From: Actinomycetes bacterium
GTDB lineage: Bacteria; Actinomycetota; Actinomycetes; Nanopelagicales; Nanopelagicaceae
Reading direction: 5' to 3'
Assembly: GCA_043776875.1 (NCBI GenBank)
Contig: JAYVQU010000039.1
Coordinates: 29,239 to 93,238, forward strand
DNA: 64,000 nucleotides
In this document: piece by piece, positions 19,203-29,640 of the stretch
Layout: every line of letters starts with the position of its first letter
Numbering within the stretch: position 1 is the first letter of the stretch
Notes under the pieces: model-generated
Told to the model about the DNA's origin: nothing
The model's input: the letters and a program-made list of their open reading frames with translations, nothing else
Databases searched by the model: none
Made by a program: the position numbers and the translations under genes

Positions 19203-20057
19203 CTCTCTTTTTCGGCTGGCCAAATAAGATCCAATTAGCACAAATGGAAGGCCTACAAGAATTCCTATGGTCAGCGGTTCCCGCAAAATAATGACACCCA
19301 ATATAACTGCCACCGCGGTGTTGAGATAGGTAACTAGCGAGCCGCGGGCCGGACCAATTTCGTCCATCAACCTAAAGAAGTAGATAAAGGCCAAAGCGGT
19401 ACTAAATACCCCTAAAGCTAAAAGCGAAAGCAACGAGTTCAGCGAAATTTGGGAAGGCCATTGCACAATTGCAAATGGTGTCCAGAAAATAGTTGTGATG
19501 GCCATCGCTAATCCGTTAATTGCGATTCCATCAACTAATGGCAAGTTACTGGTTATCATAATGACCGCGTAGGAATATCCAAGTGCTGCGAGTACAACCA
19601 TAGCGATTGATTTCGGATCACTATTGCCAAATATACTTTCAATACCAACGACCGCTATCAGTCCGATAAAGCCAATGACAATTCCAAAAATCCGCTTGAA
19701 CTGCCACACTGAATGGTCACCACGTAGAGAGGTAATGATTGTGGCAAATATAGGAACCGTTGAGACCAATATTGCCGCCAGTCCAGAATCAATCTCCTGC
19801 TCTGCGGTGGTAATGAGAATCCATGGGCCAATCATTTCTAGTAATGCATAAAGGGCAACAAATTTGAACCCTAAAACTGCACCTTTAAAAGTTTTTCGAT
19901 ATAGGGCAATTGGGATCAAAATCATGGCACCGATCAATGTTCGTCCAGCCACAACGGTAGCAGGGGGGAAGTCGGCAACAGCAACCTTCATCAGCAAATA
20001 TGGAATTCCCCATAAAATGCCAACGAGAATAAAGTGGAATAGCGATTTTCGCGTCAT
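19179..20057 (-). CDS. DMT/EamA family transporter
   Basis: About 10 TM segments with two EamA repeats; YLNTAVAVILG...EP. Confidence 0.88.
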   Translation of the reverse strand: MTRKSLFHFILVGILWGIPYLLMKVAVADFPPATVVAGRTLIGAMILIPIALYRKTFKGAVLGFKFVALYALLEMIGPWILITTAEQEIDSGLAAILVSTVPIFATIITSLRGDHSVWQFKRIFGIVIGFIGLIAVVGIESIFGNSDPKSIAMVVLAALGYSYAVIMITSNLPLVDGIAINGLAMAITTIFWTPFAIVQWPSQISLNSLLSLLALGVFSTALAFIYFFRLMDEIGPARGSLVTYLNTAVAVILGVIILREPLTIGILVGLPFVLIGSYLASRKRESTLFAKS

Positions 20058-21218
20058 TTAGCTAATCACGCGACGGTACAGATCAATAGTAAGGGCGGCA
20101 ACACCATCCCAGCCGAAAAGTTTTTGGGCACGCGCCCGTCCGGCGGCACCGTATTTTTTAAGAAGTTCAGGTTGTGCCATCAGACGAGTAATAGCTTCGG
20201 TAAGCGCTTTTTCAAATGGAGCCGCGGCACCGTTGTAATCTACTAGTTCGCCTGATTGGCTATCGGCAACAACTTCAGGTATTCCACCAACTCGGGAAGC
20301 CAGGACTGCCGTTTCACAACTCATCGCCTCTAAGTTAACGATTCCCAAAGGCTCATAAATTGAAGGACAGATAAATAGTTGCGCCTGGGTCAACATTGCA
20401 GTTAATTTTTCAGTCGGCAATATATCTTTGATCCACCACACGTTGCGTCTTGTACCTTGTAAATCTGAAATTAGTTGCGCAACCTCATTTCCGATTCCTG
20501 CCTCATCGGGACTGCCAGCTGCAAGGACTAATCCATACTCGGAAGGGACATCTTTCCAAGCTCGCAAAAGATGGGCCAAACCTTTTTGACGGGTGATTCG
20601 CCCAACGAAGATTGCATATGGTCCACTTATTCCAAAACTTTCAGGTACGGATGAATCGTGATTTGGTGCAAACTTTTTTGTATCTACGCCATTTCGAATA
20701 GTTACAACCTTTGCTGGATCAACACCAGGGTAGGCGTTTAGTACATCAGCGCGCATACCATCGCTAACGGCGATGATTGCTGCAGCAGCTTCAAAGGAAG
20801 TTTTTTCGGCCCAGGAAGAGATCTGGTATCCGCCACCTAGTTGTTCTGCTTTCCAGGGGCGAAGCGGTTCTAGGGAATGCGCGCTGACAATGTGGGGTAT
20901 TGCGTACTGCAGGGAAGCAACATGTCCGGCCATATTTGCATACCAAGTATGAGAATGAACTAGATCGACATTTCCAAGATGAGCTGCAATGTCAAGGTCG
21001 GTTACTAATGCCTGCAATGCCGGGTTTGCATCCGTGAATTCAGAAGGAGTTGAGTACCCAAAAGCATCTTCGCGTTTTCCGCCGAAACAGTGAACATCAA
21101 CATGGATATCCTTGATTGCGCGAAGGGCTTGCGTTAATTCAAGAACATGCACACCGGCGCCACCATAAATAGCCGGTGGCCACTCTTTGGTAACCATCCC
21201 CACATGTAACTTCGTCAT
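20058..21218 (-). CDS. glgA: Actinobacterial GT4 glycogen synthase / alpha-maltose-1-phosphate synthase (GlgA/GlgM)
   Basis: TKEWPPAIYGGAGVHV, HSHTWYA, FVGRITRQKG, YEPLGIVNLEAM; divergent from glgC. Confidence 0.92.
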   Translation of the reverse strand: MTKLHVGMVTKEWPPAIYGGAGVHVLELTQALRAIKDIHVDVHCFGGKREDAFGYSTPSEFTDANPALQALVTDLDIAAHLGNVDLVHSHTWYANMAGHVASLQYAIPHIVSAHSLEPLRPWKAEQLGGGYQISSWAEKTSFEAAAAIIAVSDGMRADVLNAYPGVDPAKVVTIRNGVDTKKFAPNHDSSVPESFGISGPYAIFVGRITRQKGLAHLLRAWKDVPSEYGLVLAAGSPDEAGIGNEVAQLISDLQGTRRNVWWIKDILPTEKLTAMLTQAQLFICPSIYEPLGIVNLEAMSCETAVLASRVGGIPEVVADSQSGELVDYNGAAAPFEKALTEAITRLMAQPELLKKYGAAGRARAQKLFGWDGVAALTIDLYRRVIS

Positions 21219-21253
21219 GTTTTGTTAAATCCTCTTCCTAGCCTAAGGGTGGA

Positions 21254-21263
21254 AGGCTATCGT
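21254..21263. promoter_or_regulatory. Putative bidirectional promoter for glgA/glgC (overlapping -10 boxes)
   Basis: Plus TATCGT (21258-63) lies 6 nt before the glgC ATG; minus TAGCCT (21254-59) shares its TA. Confidence 0.5.
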
Positions 21264-21269
21264 TAAGCC

Positions 21270-22493
21270 ATGTCCAAACTGCAACTTCCACTAAGCATCG
21301 TTCTTGCTGGTGGCGAGGGTAAGCGTCTTATGCCAATGACAGCAGATCGAGCCAAGCCGGCGGTTCCTTTTGGTGGCTCATACCGCTTGGTTGATTTTGT
21401 GCTTTCAAATCTGGCAAATGCAAATATGCTCAAGATTGCGGTACTCACACAATACAAGTCGCACTCACTTGATCGCCACATTACGCAAACCTGGCGAATG
21501 TCATCTTTGCTTGGAAATTACATAACACCGGTCCCAGCACAACAGCGTTTGGGGCCACGTTGGTATACAGGTAGTGCTGATGCAATTTTACAAAACTTTA
21601 ATTTGATTCATGATGAGGATCCAAATCATGTTTTAGTTTTTGGTGCAGATCACGTGTATCGGATGGATCCGGGTCAGATGTTTGAACAGCATGTTGAAAC
21701 TGGCGCAGATATAACAGTTGCCGCGATCCGCATGCCGCGATCGGAAGCGCACGATTTTGGCGTAATTGAGTTAGCCGAGGACGGAATCACCATTAAGGCA
21801 TTCCATGAAAAGCCTGCCGACCCTCCTGCAATGCCGGGTCATCCGGATTTGTGTTTGGTTTCTATGGGTAACTACATTTTTAAGCGTAATGCGATGGAAG
21901 AATCGCTCATTATTGATGCAAAAGATCTCGAGTCACGTCATGACTTAGGTGGAGATATCATCCCTTATCTAACAAAGATGGGTGCGGCAAAGGTGTACGA
22001 CTTTGCAAACAACATTGTTCCCGGGGCAACTGATCGCGATAGAGGTTATTGGCGCGATGTAGGTTCGATTGATGCTTACTACGATGCACATATGGATTTA
22101 GTTTCAGTACACCCAATATTTAATTTATATAATCGCCAGTGGCCACTTTTAACAAACCCGCCTTCATTGCCTCCTGCCAAATTCAGCGAGGGCGGAACCG
22201 CACATGATTCAATTGTGGCAGCAGGGTCGATCGTGGCTGGCGGAATTTTGCACGGGTCTGTTATTTCATACGATGTTGCGGTTGCCAAGGCCGCCATCGT
22301 TGAAGGTTCGGTATTAATGCCTTCAGTACGCATTGGCGAGCGAGCAATAGTCCGACACGCTATTTTAGATAAAAATGTAGTTGTTGAACCAGGAGCGCAG
22401 ATTGGTGTTGATCTTGAACGTGATCGCCAGCGTTTTACGGTCAGCGATGGCGGGGTAGTCGTAGTGGGCAAAGGTGTAGTAGTTAAACCGTAA
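21270..22493 (+). CDS. glgC: Glucose-1-phosphate adenylyltransferase
   Basis: [31 protein letters not shown]-terminal beta-helix. Confidence 0.96.
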   Translation: MSKLQLPLSIVLAGGEGKRLMPMTADRAKPAVPFGGSYRLVDFVLSNLANANMLKIAVLTQYKSHSLDRHITQTWRMSSLLGNYITPVPAQQRLGPRWYTGSADAILQNFNLIHDEDPNHVLVFGADHVYRMDPGQMFEQHVETGADITVAAIRMPRSEAHDFGVIELAEDGITIKAFHEKPADPPAMPGHPDLCLVSMGNYIFKRNAMEESLIIDAKDLESRHDLGGDIIPYLTKMGAAKVYDFANNIVPGATDRDRGYWRDVGSIDAYYDAHMDLVSVHPIFNLYNRQWPLLTNPPSLPPAKFSEGGTAHDSIVAAGSIVAGGILHGSVISYDVAVAKAAIVEGSVLMPSVRIGERAIVRHAILDKNVVVEPGAQIGVDLERDRQRFTVSDGGVVVVGKGVVVKP

Positions 22494-23897
22494 TTACCAG
22501 TTCTGGGTATTGCGCTTTAATTCTCGATACCTTTGCATAACAATTGGAGTTGCAACCGCATTGTGATGCTCGATTCTTCCCAAATCCCAAGCAGGCATTT
22601 CGCCAAGCAATGCCCAAGCTGCTTGCTTAGCTGCACCATTGGCCACATATTCACCAGCAGGAGGCACCAATACCTCGCGACCAAACAACGCACTAGCAAT
22701 TAGTGGTACCGCTGGATTTTTTGCTGCACCACCAATTAGAAAAATTCTATTTACGTTTACTCCGAGTGCAACCAAGGCATCCACGGCATCGGCAAGTCCG
22801 GCCAACATTCCCTCAACCATTGCCCGCGCGATATCTGCTGGGTTTGAATTATTCAAGTTCATGCCAGCAAAGACGCCGGTTGCGGTGGGTCGATTAGGGG
22901 TACGTTCGCCTTCAAAGTACGGCAGTAGCGTTAAACCATTTGCACCCGGTTTGGCTGATAGTGCGAGTTGGGCAACGCCATCGTGAGACTTTCCAAGAAT
23001 TCTGCCAGCAGCATCCAAAATGCGGGCGGCATTTAAAGTGCACACCAGTGGAAGATAGCGCCCAGTGGCATCAGCAAAACCGGCAACTGTCCCACTTGCA
23101 TCATGTGTTGGAGTATCAGAAACTGCAAAAGCTGTTCCACTAGTTCCGAGTGAAACTATCACATCACCTGGTTGAGCTTGTAGACCAAGGGCGGCGCCAG
23201 CGTTGTCGCCAGCACCGGCCGCAATAGCAACTCCAGCTTGCGTGGTGCCTCCGAATTCTGCCGGCCCAACGATTCGGGGAAGGATTAGCTCTTGATCATG
23301 TCGGAGCGCCAAGCGAACAATATCCTCGCGGTAGTGCGAAGTGCTTGGATCAAAATAGCCGGTACCTGAGGCATCGCTGCGATCGGTAAATAGTTTCGAA
23401 AAATCTTCGCCACCTTGCAACTGCCAAGAAAGCCAATCGTGTGGCAACGCGACCGATGCCACCTTTAATGCATTTTCTGGTTCGTGATCTGCCAGCCATC
23501 GAAGCTTAGCAGCGGTAAAGGAGGCAACTAACTTCGAACCAACTTTGCGTGCCATTTGGGCAGCGCCACCTACTTCGTAGTTGAGATCATCGGCTGCTTT
23601 GGCAGAGCGGGTGTCATTCCATAAAAGAGCTTTCCGAATTACGCAACCTTGGCTATCTAATGCAACCATTCCATGTTGTTGCCCGGCAATTGAGATAGCT
23701 TCGACATCGGCCAGACCACCAGCTTCGATGATTGCGGTATTTAATCCGTGCAACCAATGGGATGGATCGACTTCGGTGCCGTCGGGGTGAGCCGCACGTG
23801 CCTGCCGCACTAATTCCCCGGTATTGGCATCTCGAATAACAATCTTTACTGACTGGGTCGATGAATCCACGCCGGCGATGAGTTGTCGATTATTCAT
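22494..23897 (-). CDS. xylB: Xylulokinase (FGGY family)
   Basis: AGVDSSTQS, GQQHGMV, LWNDTR, TDRSDASGT, GDNAGAALG, LPYFEGERTP. Confidence 0.88.
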   Translation of the reverse strand: MNNRQLIAGVDSSTQSVKIVIRDANTGELVRQARAAHPDGTEVDPSHWLHGLNTAIIEAGGLADVEAISIAGQQHGMVALDSQGCVIRKALLWNDTRSAKAADDLNYEVGGAAQMARKVGSKLVASFTAAKLRWLADHEPENALKVASVALPHDWLSWQLQGGEDFSKLFTDRSDASGTGYFDPSTSHYREDIVRLALRHDQELILPRIVGPAEFGGTTQAGVAIAAGAGDNAGAALGLQAQPGDVIVSLGTSGTAFAVSDTPTHDASGTVAGFADATGRYLPLVCTLNAARILDAAGRILGKSHDGVAQLALSAKPGANGLTLLPYFEGERTPNRPTATGVFAGMNLNNSNPADIARAMVEGMLAGLADAVDALVALGVNVNRIFLIGGAAKNPAVPLIASALFGREVLVPPAGEYVANGAAKQAAWALLGEMPAWDLGRIEHHNAVATPIVMQRYRELKRNTQNW

Positions 23898-23903
23898 GGC
23901 ACA

Positions 23904-23931
23904 AGGCTAGACTGTGCCAGTCAACGTTGAC
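23904..23931. promoter_or_regulatory. Putative bidirectional xylB/pfkA promoter plus 12-bp palindrome
   Basis: Minus TAGCCT (23904-09) lies 6 nt before the xylB ATG; plus TAGACT (23908-13); palindrome GTCAACGTTGAC at 23920-31. Confidence 0.45.
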
Positions 23932-23992
23932 CACAGGTGGCGGGAAATTTTTAGCGCCATTTAATCAAATGAATGAAATTGTGGGAGTTAAA

Positions 23993-25018
23993 ATGCGTAT
24001 TGGTGTCCTCACTGGCGGCGGCGATTGCCCTGGTCTAAATGCAGTTATTCGTGCCGTAGTTCGCAAGGGTGTCAAAGAGTATGGTCATGAGTTTGTTGGA
24101 TTCCGTGATGGCTGGAAGGGACCGTTAGATGGTCTAACCATGCCGTTAAATATTGAGACAACCCGCGGGATTTTGCCGCGTGGTGGAACCATTCTTGGTT
24201 CATCTCGCACAAACCCATTCAAGATTGAAGGCGGCGTAGAGCGAATCAAGGAAAACTTGGAAAAAGCTGGAATCGATGCCTTAATTGCAATCGGTGGCGA
24301 AGACACACTAGGTGTTGCGACAAAGTTAGATGCACTCGGTGTCAAGGTTATTGGTGTTCCGAAGACTATAGACAACGATTTGAATAACACTGATTACACT
24401 TTTGGTTTCGATACTGCGGTAAACATTGCCGTTGAAGCAATAGATCGTTTACACACAACTGCCGAATCACACCACCGGGCATTGATCGTTGAAGTTATGG
24501 GTCGGCACGCCGGATGGATTGCACTGCACTCAGGCCTTGCGGGTGGGGCTGCTTGCATCTTGATTCCAGAGCAGAAATTCTCAGTAGCCCAAGTCTGCGA
24601 ATGGGTGGAGTCACGCTTTAAATCACACTATTCGCCAATCATTGTGATCGCCGAAGGTGCAATTCCCCAAGATGGAGATTTAGTGACTAAGGACCAGAGC
24701 CTTGACTCCTTTGGTCATGTAAAACTTTCTGGAATTGGCGATTGGCTGGCGGGTCAAATTGAGGCCAGAACCGGTAAGGAAGCCCGTACCTCGGTACTAG
24801 GTCACATCCAACGTGGTGGAACCCCATCCGCATTTGACCGCGTTCTTGCTACCCGATTTGGTTTACATGCGATAACGGCTGCCCATGAAGGTGACTGGGG
24901 CAAGATGGTTGCACTTCACGGCACCAATATCGCTCGAGTTCCATTGGCATCTGCAACCGAGAAGCTAAAAACTGTTCCGCTTGCGTTATACCAGGAGTCA
25001 GAGATCTTCTTCGGATAA
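23993..25018 (+). CDS. pfkA: 6-phosphofructokinase (group III type)
   Basis: LTGGGDCPGLNA, GGEDT, PKTIDND, EVMGRHAG, LGHIQRGG. Start set to ATG 23993 after SD GGGAG. Confidence 0.94.
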   Translation: MRIGVLTGGGDCPGLNAVIRAVVRKGVKEYGHEFVGFRDGWKGPLDGLTMPLNIETTRGILPRGGTILGSSRTNPFKIEGGVERIKENLEKAGIDALIAIGGEDTLGVATKLDALGVKVIGVPKTIDNDLNNTDYTFGFDTAVNIAVEAIDRLHTTAESHHRALIVEVMGRHAGWIALHSGLAGGAACILIPEQKFSVAQVCEWVESRFKSHYSPIIVIAEGAIPQDGDLVTKDQSLDSFGHVKLSGIGDWLAGQIEARTGKEARTSVLGHIQRGGTPSAFDRVLATRFGLHAITAAHEGDWGKMVALHGTNIARVPLASATEKLKTVPLALYQESEIFFG

Positions 25019-25059
25019 TTGCAACGCGCGATTAGCTACGAACTCTCTAGACTTTTGTG

Positions 25060-26406
25060 ATGAGCACAAACTTAGACACCTTGTTTACACCTGGACTGGT
25101 GGCTGCCCAGCAACCGCAGTGGCCAGATGGAGCAGAAGGTGCCCAAGTGAAAGCTGCGGTCGCCGAACTCAAAGCACTTCCACCCCTGGTTTTTGCGGGT
25201 GAATGTGATGAGTTGAAGGCTCGAATTGCTTTGGCCGCAGATGGAAAAGCATTTTGGTTACAAGGAGGAGATTGCGCCGAAACTTTTGCTGCTGCCACTG
25301 CGGATTCAATTCGAAATCGTATTAAAACGATTTTGCAGATGGCTGCTGTTTTGCAGTACTACTCGAGCCTGCCAGTTATCAAGGTTGGTCGGATGGCAGG
25401 ACAGTTTGCTAAGCCACGTTCTAGTGATTTTGAAACTCGTGGAGATGTAACGCTTCCGGCATATCGCGGTGATGCCGTCAACGATATTGAATTCACAGAA
25501 AGTTCTCGAACACCAGACCCACATCGTCTGGTTCGGGTATACAACACATCTGCGGCGACGCTTAACTTGGTTCGGGCATTTACCCAAGGTGGTTTTGCAG
25601 ATCTTCGTCAGGTGCACGAATGGAACAAAGGCTTTATTCGTGATTCAAAGGTTGGCGACCGGTATGAACAAATGGCCAACGAAATTGGCCGTGCCCTGTC
25701 CTTTATGAAATCTGCGGGGGTAGACCCAGAAAGTTTTAAGTCGGTAGATTTCTATGCCAGTCATGAGGCGCTAATCATGGAGTACGAGAAAGCTTTAACC
25801 CGGATCGACTCACGTACAGGTGACGCTTACGATGTATCAGCTCATTTTGTTTGGATCGGTGAGCGCACCCGTCAGTTAGCTGGTGCACATGTTGATTTCG
25901 CAGCTAAAGTTCGTAACCCAATTGGAATCAAACTTGGACCCAAGACAACTGTCACAGATGCATTGGCGCTTATTGACAAGTTAGATCCGAACCGGGAACC
26001 AGGTCGTATTACCTTTATTACGCGCATGGGTGCCGGTAAAGTCCGTGAGCTGCTGCCAGCACTTGTTGATGGGGTTACCAAATCTGGTGCCAAGGTTTTG
26101 TGGGTATGTGATCCAATGCATGGAAATACTTATGAAGCTCCAACCGGTTACAAGACACGCAGCTTTGATGATGTTATGGATGAGGTAAAGGGATTCTTTG
26201 AGGTGCACAAAGCACTGGGCACGCACCCTGGTGGGGTGCATATTGAACTTACCGGCGATGATGTGACCGAGTGCGTGGGCGGGGGAGAAGAGATTTCACA
26301 CGAGGATCTAGCAACTCGTTATGAGACTGCCTGCGATCCGCGCTTAAATCATGCGCAATCACTTGAACTTGCATTTTTAGTTGCTGAAATGTTGCGTGAT
26401 CGCTAA
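25060..26406 (+). CDS. aroG: Class II DAHP synthase
   Basis: LQGGDCAE, GRMAGQFAKPRS, WIGERTRQ, CDPMHGNT, YETACDPRLN. Start set to ATG 25060, 6 nt after TAGACT. Confidence 0.95.
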   Translation: MSTNLDTLFTPGLVAAQQPQWPDGAEGAQVKAAVAELKALPPLVFAGECDELKARIALAADGKAFWLQGGDCAETFAAATADSIRNRIKTILQMAAVLQYYSSLPVIKVGRMAGQFAKPRSSDFETRGDVTLPAYRGDAVNDIEFTESSRTPDPHRLVRVYNTSAATLNLVRAFTQGGFADLRQVHEWNKGFIRDSKVGDRYEQMANEIGRALSFMKSAGVDPESFKSVDFYASHEALIMEYEKALTRIDSRTGDAYDVSAHFVWIGERTRQLAGAHVDFAAKVRNPIGIKLGPKTTVTDALALIDKLDPNREPGRITFITRMGAGKVRELLPALVDGVTKSGAKVLWVCDPMHGNTYEAPTGYKTRSFDDVMDEVKGFFEVHKALGTHPGGVHIELTGDDVTECVGGGEEISHEDLATRYETACDPRLNHAQSLELAFLVAEMLRDR

Positions 26407-26415
26407 CTTTGTCCT

Positions 26416-26889
26416 GTGCCATTTTTAGTAACTTCTCATAAAACTCCGATCGGCACCCTAAACCTATTGGCAGATGATCAGATTCTGATTGGAGCAAACC
26501 TTTCCACCATTGCAGCTTTCAAAGCTGGCGCTGATGTCAAGGTAGTTAAGTCAATTCCAGTTATTTCCGATTTGGTTCAGGAATACTTTGCTGGAGATTT
26601 GACCGCGCTCAATGGAATCCATGTTCGACAAGTAGGAGCTACATTTTCGCAGGCAGCTTGGAAAGCGATGCGTAAAGTTGCGGCGGGAAAGACATGGACA
26701 TACTCAGATTTAGCCGAAAAAGCGGGATCACCTGCTGCGGTGCGGGCCGCCGGAACTGCCTGCGCAAATAATGCGATTATGTTAGTAGTTCCATGCCACC
26801 GGATAGTTAAAACTGGTGGAGCACTTGGCAATTATGCCTATGGTGTTGAAAAGAAGCGTTGGTTGTTAAGCCACGAGGGCTTTCTTTAG
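26416..26889 (+). CDS. ogt: Methylated-DNA-protein-cysteine methyltransferase
   Basis: AVRAAGTAC, VPCHR active site, GNYAYG..KKRWLL..E. Confidence 0.93.
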   Translation: MPFLVTSHKTPIGTLNLLADDQILIGANLSTIAAFKAGADVKVVKSIPVISDLVQEYFAGDLTALNGIHVRQVGATFSQAAWKAMRKVAAGKTWTYSDLAEKAGSPAAVRAAGTACANNAIMLVVPCHRIVKTGGALGNYAYGVEKKRWLLSHEGFL

Positions 26890-27900
26890 AATTTCAATTG
26901 CTTGGGAACATTGCACATCATCAAAATCTAAATGAGTCACAAGACGTGCATACTTTGGTCCAAGTGCGCTAATCAATAAACCTGCATCTTTGCAACGCGT
27001 AGCTAATTCGGCTGCGGTAATTGGTAGGGCGGAAAGATCGAGGCCAACAATATTAGTTGCAACAGTTACTGGATCAATGAAGGAAGAGTCAATAGCTGCA
27101 ATTGCAACAGCTAACTCCTTGGCGCGACGATGATCTTGGGCTAGCAATCCCATGTTGTTATCTAATGCGTAATGAGCACCAGCAGCCAATAATCCGACTT
27201 GACGCATGCCAGCCCCATAACGCTTTCGCCAAACCCGTGCTTTACTTACCCGCTCCTTAGTTGAAAGCATAATCGAACCAACTGGTGCGCCTAAACCTTT
27301 TGAGAAACAGACGCTAATAGTGTCAAAGTACCGTCCGTATTCGGCAAAGGAGACACCTGATGCAACATGAGCATTCCAAATTCTGGCACCATCTAAATGC
27401 AAGGCTAAACCTAATTCATCAGCGCCTTTCCGCAGGGCTGCAATTTCAGTAATTGGCTGCACCGTTCCACCACCAAAGTTGTGGGTGTTTTCAACAGCGA
27501 TTGCGGTAGTTGAAACTAAGTATGGACCGCTATTTGGTCGGGCCAGCTCAAGCGCAGCCGCTGCCTTTAGTAATCCATTTTTAGCTGGAAAAGTACGGGT
27601 GGTAATGCCACTAAAAACAGCTGCCGCACCAAGTTCGGCGCGGACAATATGACTATTGGTTTCAGCAATTAACTCTTCACCTGGGGCAACTAACATGCGG
27701 ATAGCTAATTGATTGGCAAGAGATCCAGTTGGTGAAAATAAACCAGCTTCTTTACCAAACATGGCGGCAACGCGCTCTTCTAGCGAGTTGACTGTTGGAT
27801 CATCGCTGTAAACATCATCACCCACTGGCGCAGCTGCGATTGCATCACGCATGCCTTGAGATGGTCGAGTTACCGTGTCGCTGCGAAGATCAATTGCCAT
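26866..27900 (-). CDS. ltaE: Low-specificity L-threonine aldolase
   Basis: DLRSDTVT, VGDDVY..DPTV, HLDGARIWNA, CFSKGLGAPVGS (PLP lysine). Confidence 0.93.
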   Translation of the reverse strand: MAIDLRSDTVTRPSQGMRDAIAAAPVGDDVYSDDPTVNSLEERVAAMFGKEAGLFSPTGSLANQLAIRMLVAPGEELIAETNSHIVRAELGAAAVFSGITTRTFPAKNGLLKAAAALELARPNSGPYLVSTTAIAVENTHNFGGGTVQPITEIAALRKGADELGLALHLDGARIWNAHVASGVSFAEYGRYFDTISVCFSKGLGAPVGSIMLSTKERVSKARVWRKRYGAGMRQVGLLAAGAHYALDNNMGLLAQDHRRAKELAVAIAAIDSSFIDPVTVATNIVGLDLSALPITAAELATRCKDAGLLISALGPKYARLVTHLDFDDVQCSQAIEILKKALVA

Positions 27901-27909
27901 GTCGGAAGC

Positions 27910-28773
27910 CTACTTCTGTTCCTTGAGGACGATCAAATACATAGCAATTATCACCAAGACCCCGCCCAGGGCGATTTGTAGAGTTAGGCTTTCGCCACCA
28001 AAAAGAATTGCAAATAGCGCGGCAAAGACTACTTCCATAGTCAAAATTACTGCGACCTTGGTAGCGCTCATGTGTGCCTGCGACCAGGTTTGAACAATAA
28101 AGGCAATTGCCGTTGCAAAAACTGCAGTGAATACAACCACGGCCCAGACGCCAGTGTCAGGTGGTAGTAAATAGCCTCCTGGTATAGATGCGATGCCCGA
28201 CAAAACTGCACATACCGTTAATTGAACGATGGTCATTGCATATGCATCTCGGCCAGCTGACCACTTACTGAGGGCGATGATGTGAGCTCCAAATAAGAAG
28301 GCACTTGCAAGCACAAACATTTCTCCGATTCCAACTGAGAAGCCATGGATAGAAAGCAGTCCGAGCCCCACGGTTGCGATGCCGATGCAAAACCAAATGA
28401 ACTTGGTGATTTTCTCCTTTAAAATAAGTGCAGCCAATAAGGGAGTTACTACAACATAGAGACCTGTGATGAATCCGGTGATAGCCGCGCCGGTTCGCTC
28501 AAGTCCTAAAGTTTGAAATATGTAACCCAAACCTAAGAAAATACCGGCCAATCCAGCACGCTGAAGCAGCTCTCTCTTAAATTGCTTAATCACTTGTGGG
28601 CGAAGCAGCAACATCACTATTACAGCGCCTGAAAATCGAGTAAAGAGAAAGTTATTGACGCTTTGCCGCTCGATTGCATCCTTCATGACCACAAAGGAGA
28701 GGCCCCATGCCGCTGAAACTAAAAGAAGTGCCCAAGGTGCAAGTTTTAACTGCAGTTGATGTGGAACCGGCAT
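27910..28773 (-). CDS. DMT/EamA family transporter
   Basis: WGLSF, TGLYVV.TP, EVVFAA; about 10 TM segments. Confidence 0.88.
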   Translation of the reverse strand: MPVPHQLQLKLAPWALLLVSAAWGLSFVVMKDAIERQSVNNFLFTRFSGAVIVMLLLRPQVIKQFKRELLQRAGLAGIFLGLGYIFQTLGLERTGAAITGFITGLYVVVTPLLAALILKEKITKFIWFCIGIATVGLGLLSIHGFSVGIGEMFVLASAFLFGAHIIALSKWSAGRDAYAMTIVQLTVCAVLSGIASIPGGYLLPPDTGVWAVVVFTAVFATAIAFIVQTWSQAHMSATKVAVILTMEVVFAALFAILFGGESLTLQIALGGVLVIIAMYLIVLKEQK

Positions 28774-29636
28774 TACCCGCGCAACTTTTTTAAAAGTGCA
28801 ACCTCTTTGGCATGTTCAGGTTCCATGCCAGGGGTTTCGAGAATGAGTGGGGCGTTTGCAACTGCTGGATGAGCTAACAACTCTTTGAAGGGATCGATAC
28901 CGATGTGGCCGGCACCGATGTTTTGGTGACGATCTTTCAGGGCGCCGCAGAGATCCATCGAGTCATTTGCATGAACAAGCTGGAAACGCTCGATTCCGGC
29001 AACTTCAACCAACAGGTCAATCGTTGCGCTCATGCCACCTTTAACAGATATGTCATCTCCGGCCGCAAACACATGGCAGGTGTCAAGACAGATTCCAACC
29101 TTTGGGTGATATTCCAGGGCTCTCAAATACATCTCCAGATCATCTAACTTCTTGACCAATGATTGGCCCTGGCCAGCAGTTGGTTCAAGCAAAAGAAATG
29201 GCGCATCATCACTTAGCGCATTCAAAATTGGCATCATTCCTTCATGGATCTGCTGCCAAGCTTTTTCAACATGAGCAGCATCAACTGCCGACCCGGTATG
29301 AATAACTACACCCAGCGCACCGATTTCGGCTCCGCGTTTGAGTGAGTACTGGGTGGAGGCTAAAGAGTTTTCATATGTGGCAAGTGTTGGCGAGCCCAAA
29401 TTAATAAGGAAGGGTGCATGTACATAGGTCTCAATATCTAGTTCAGCAGCCCTGATCTTAAAAGCTTCATCTAAATCGGGCTTTGCTTCCGACATCGCCC
29501 ATGTTCTAGGATTAGATGCGAAGACCTGTATCGCCTCAGCGCCGATTTCTAGGGCGTAACCAATTGATCGCTTTGCCATTCCACCAGTTGTGGGTGTGTG
29601 GGCACCGATGCGAGGTTTTTTGAATGTCGTAGGCAT
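28773..29636 (-). CDS. nfo: Endonuclease IV
   Basis: QVFASNPR, HAPFLINL, VIHTGS, LLEPTAGQG, CLDTCH, HANDS, DRHQNIG, ILETP. Confidence 0.95.
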   Translation of the reverse strand: MPTTFKKPRIGAHTPTTGGMAKRSIGYALEIGAEAIQVFASNPRTWAMSEAKPDLDEAFKIRAAELDIETYVHAPFLINLGSPTLATYENSLASTQYSLKRGAEIGALGVVIHTGSAVDAAHVEKAWQQIHEGMMPILNALSDDAPFLLLEPTAGQGQSLVKKLDDLEMYLRALEYHPKVGICLDTCHVFAAGDDISVKGGMSATIDLLVEVAGIERFQLVHANDSMDLCGALKDRHQNIGAGHIGIDPFKELLAHPAVANAPLILETPGMEPEHAKEVALLKKLRG

Positions 29637-29640
29637 TAGC

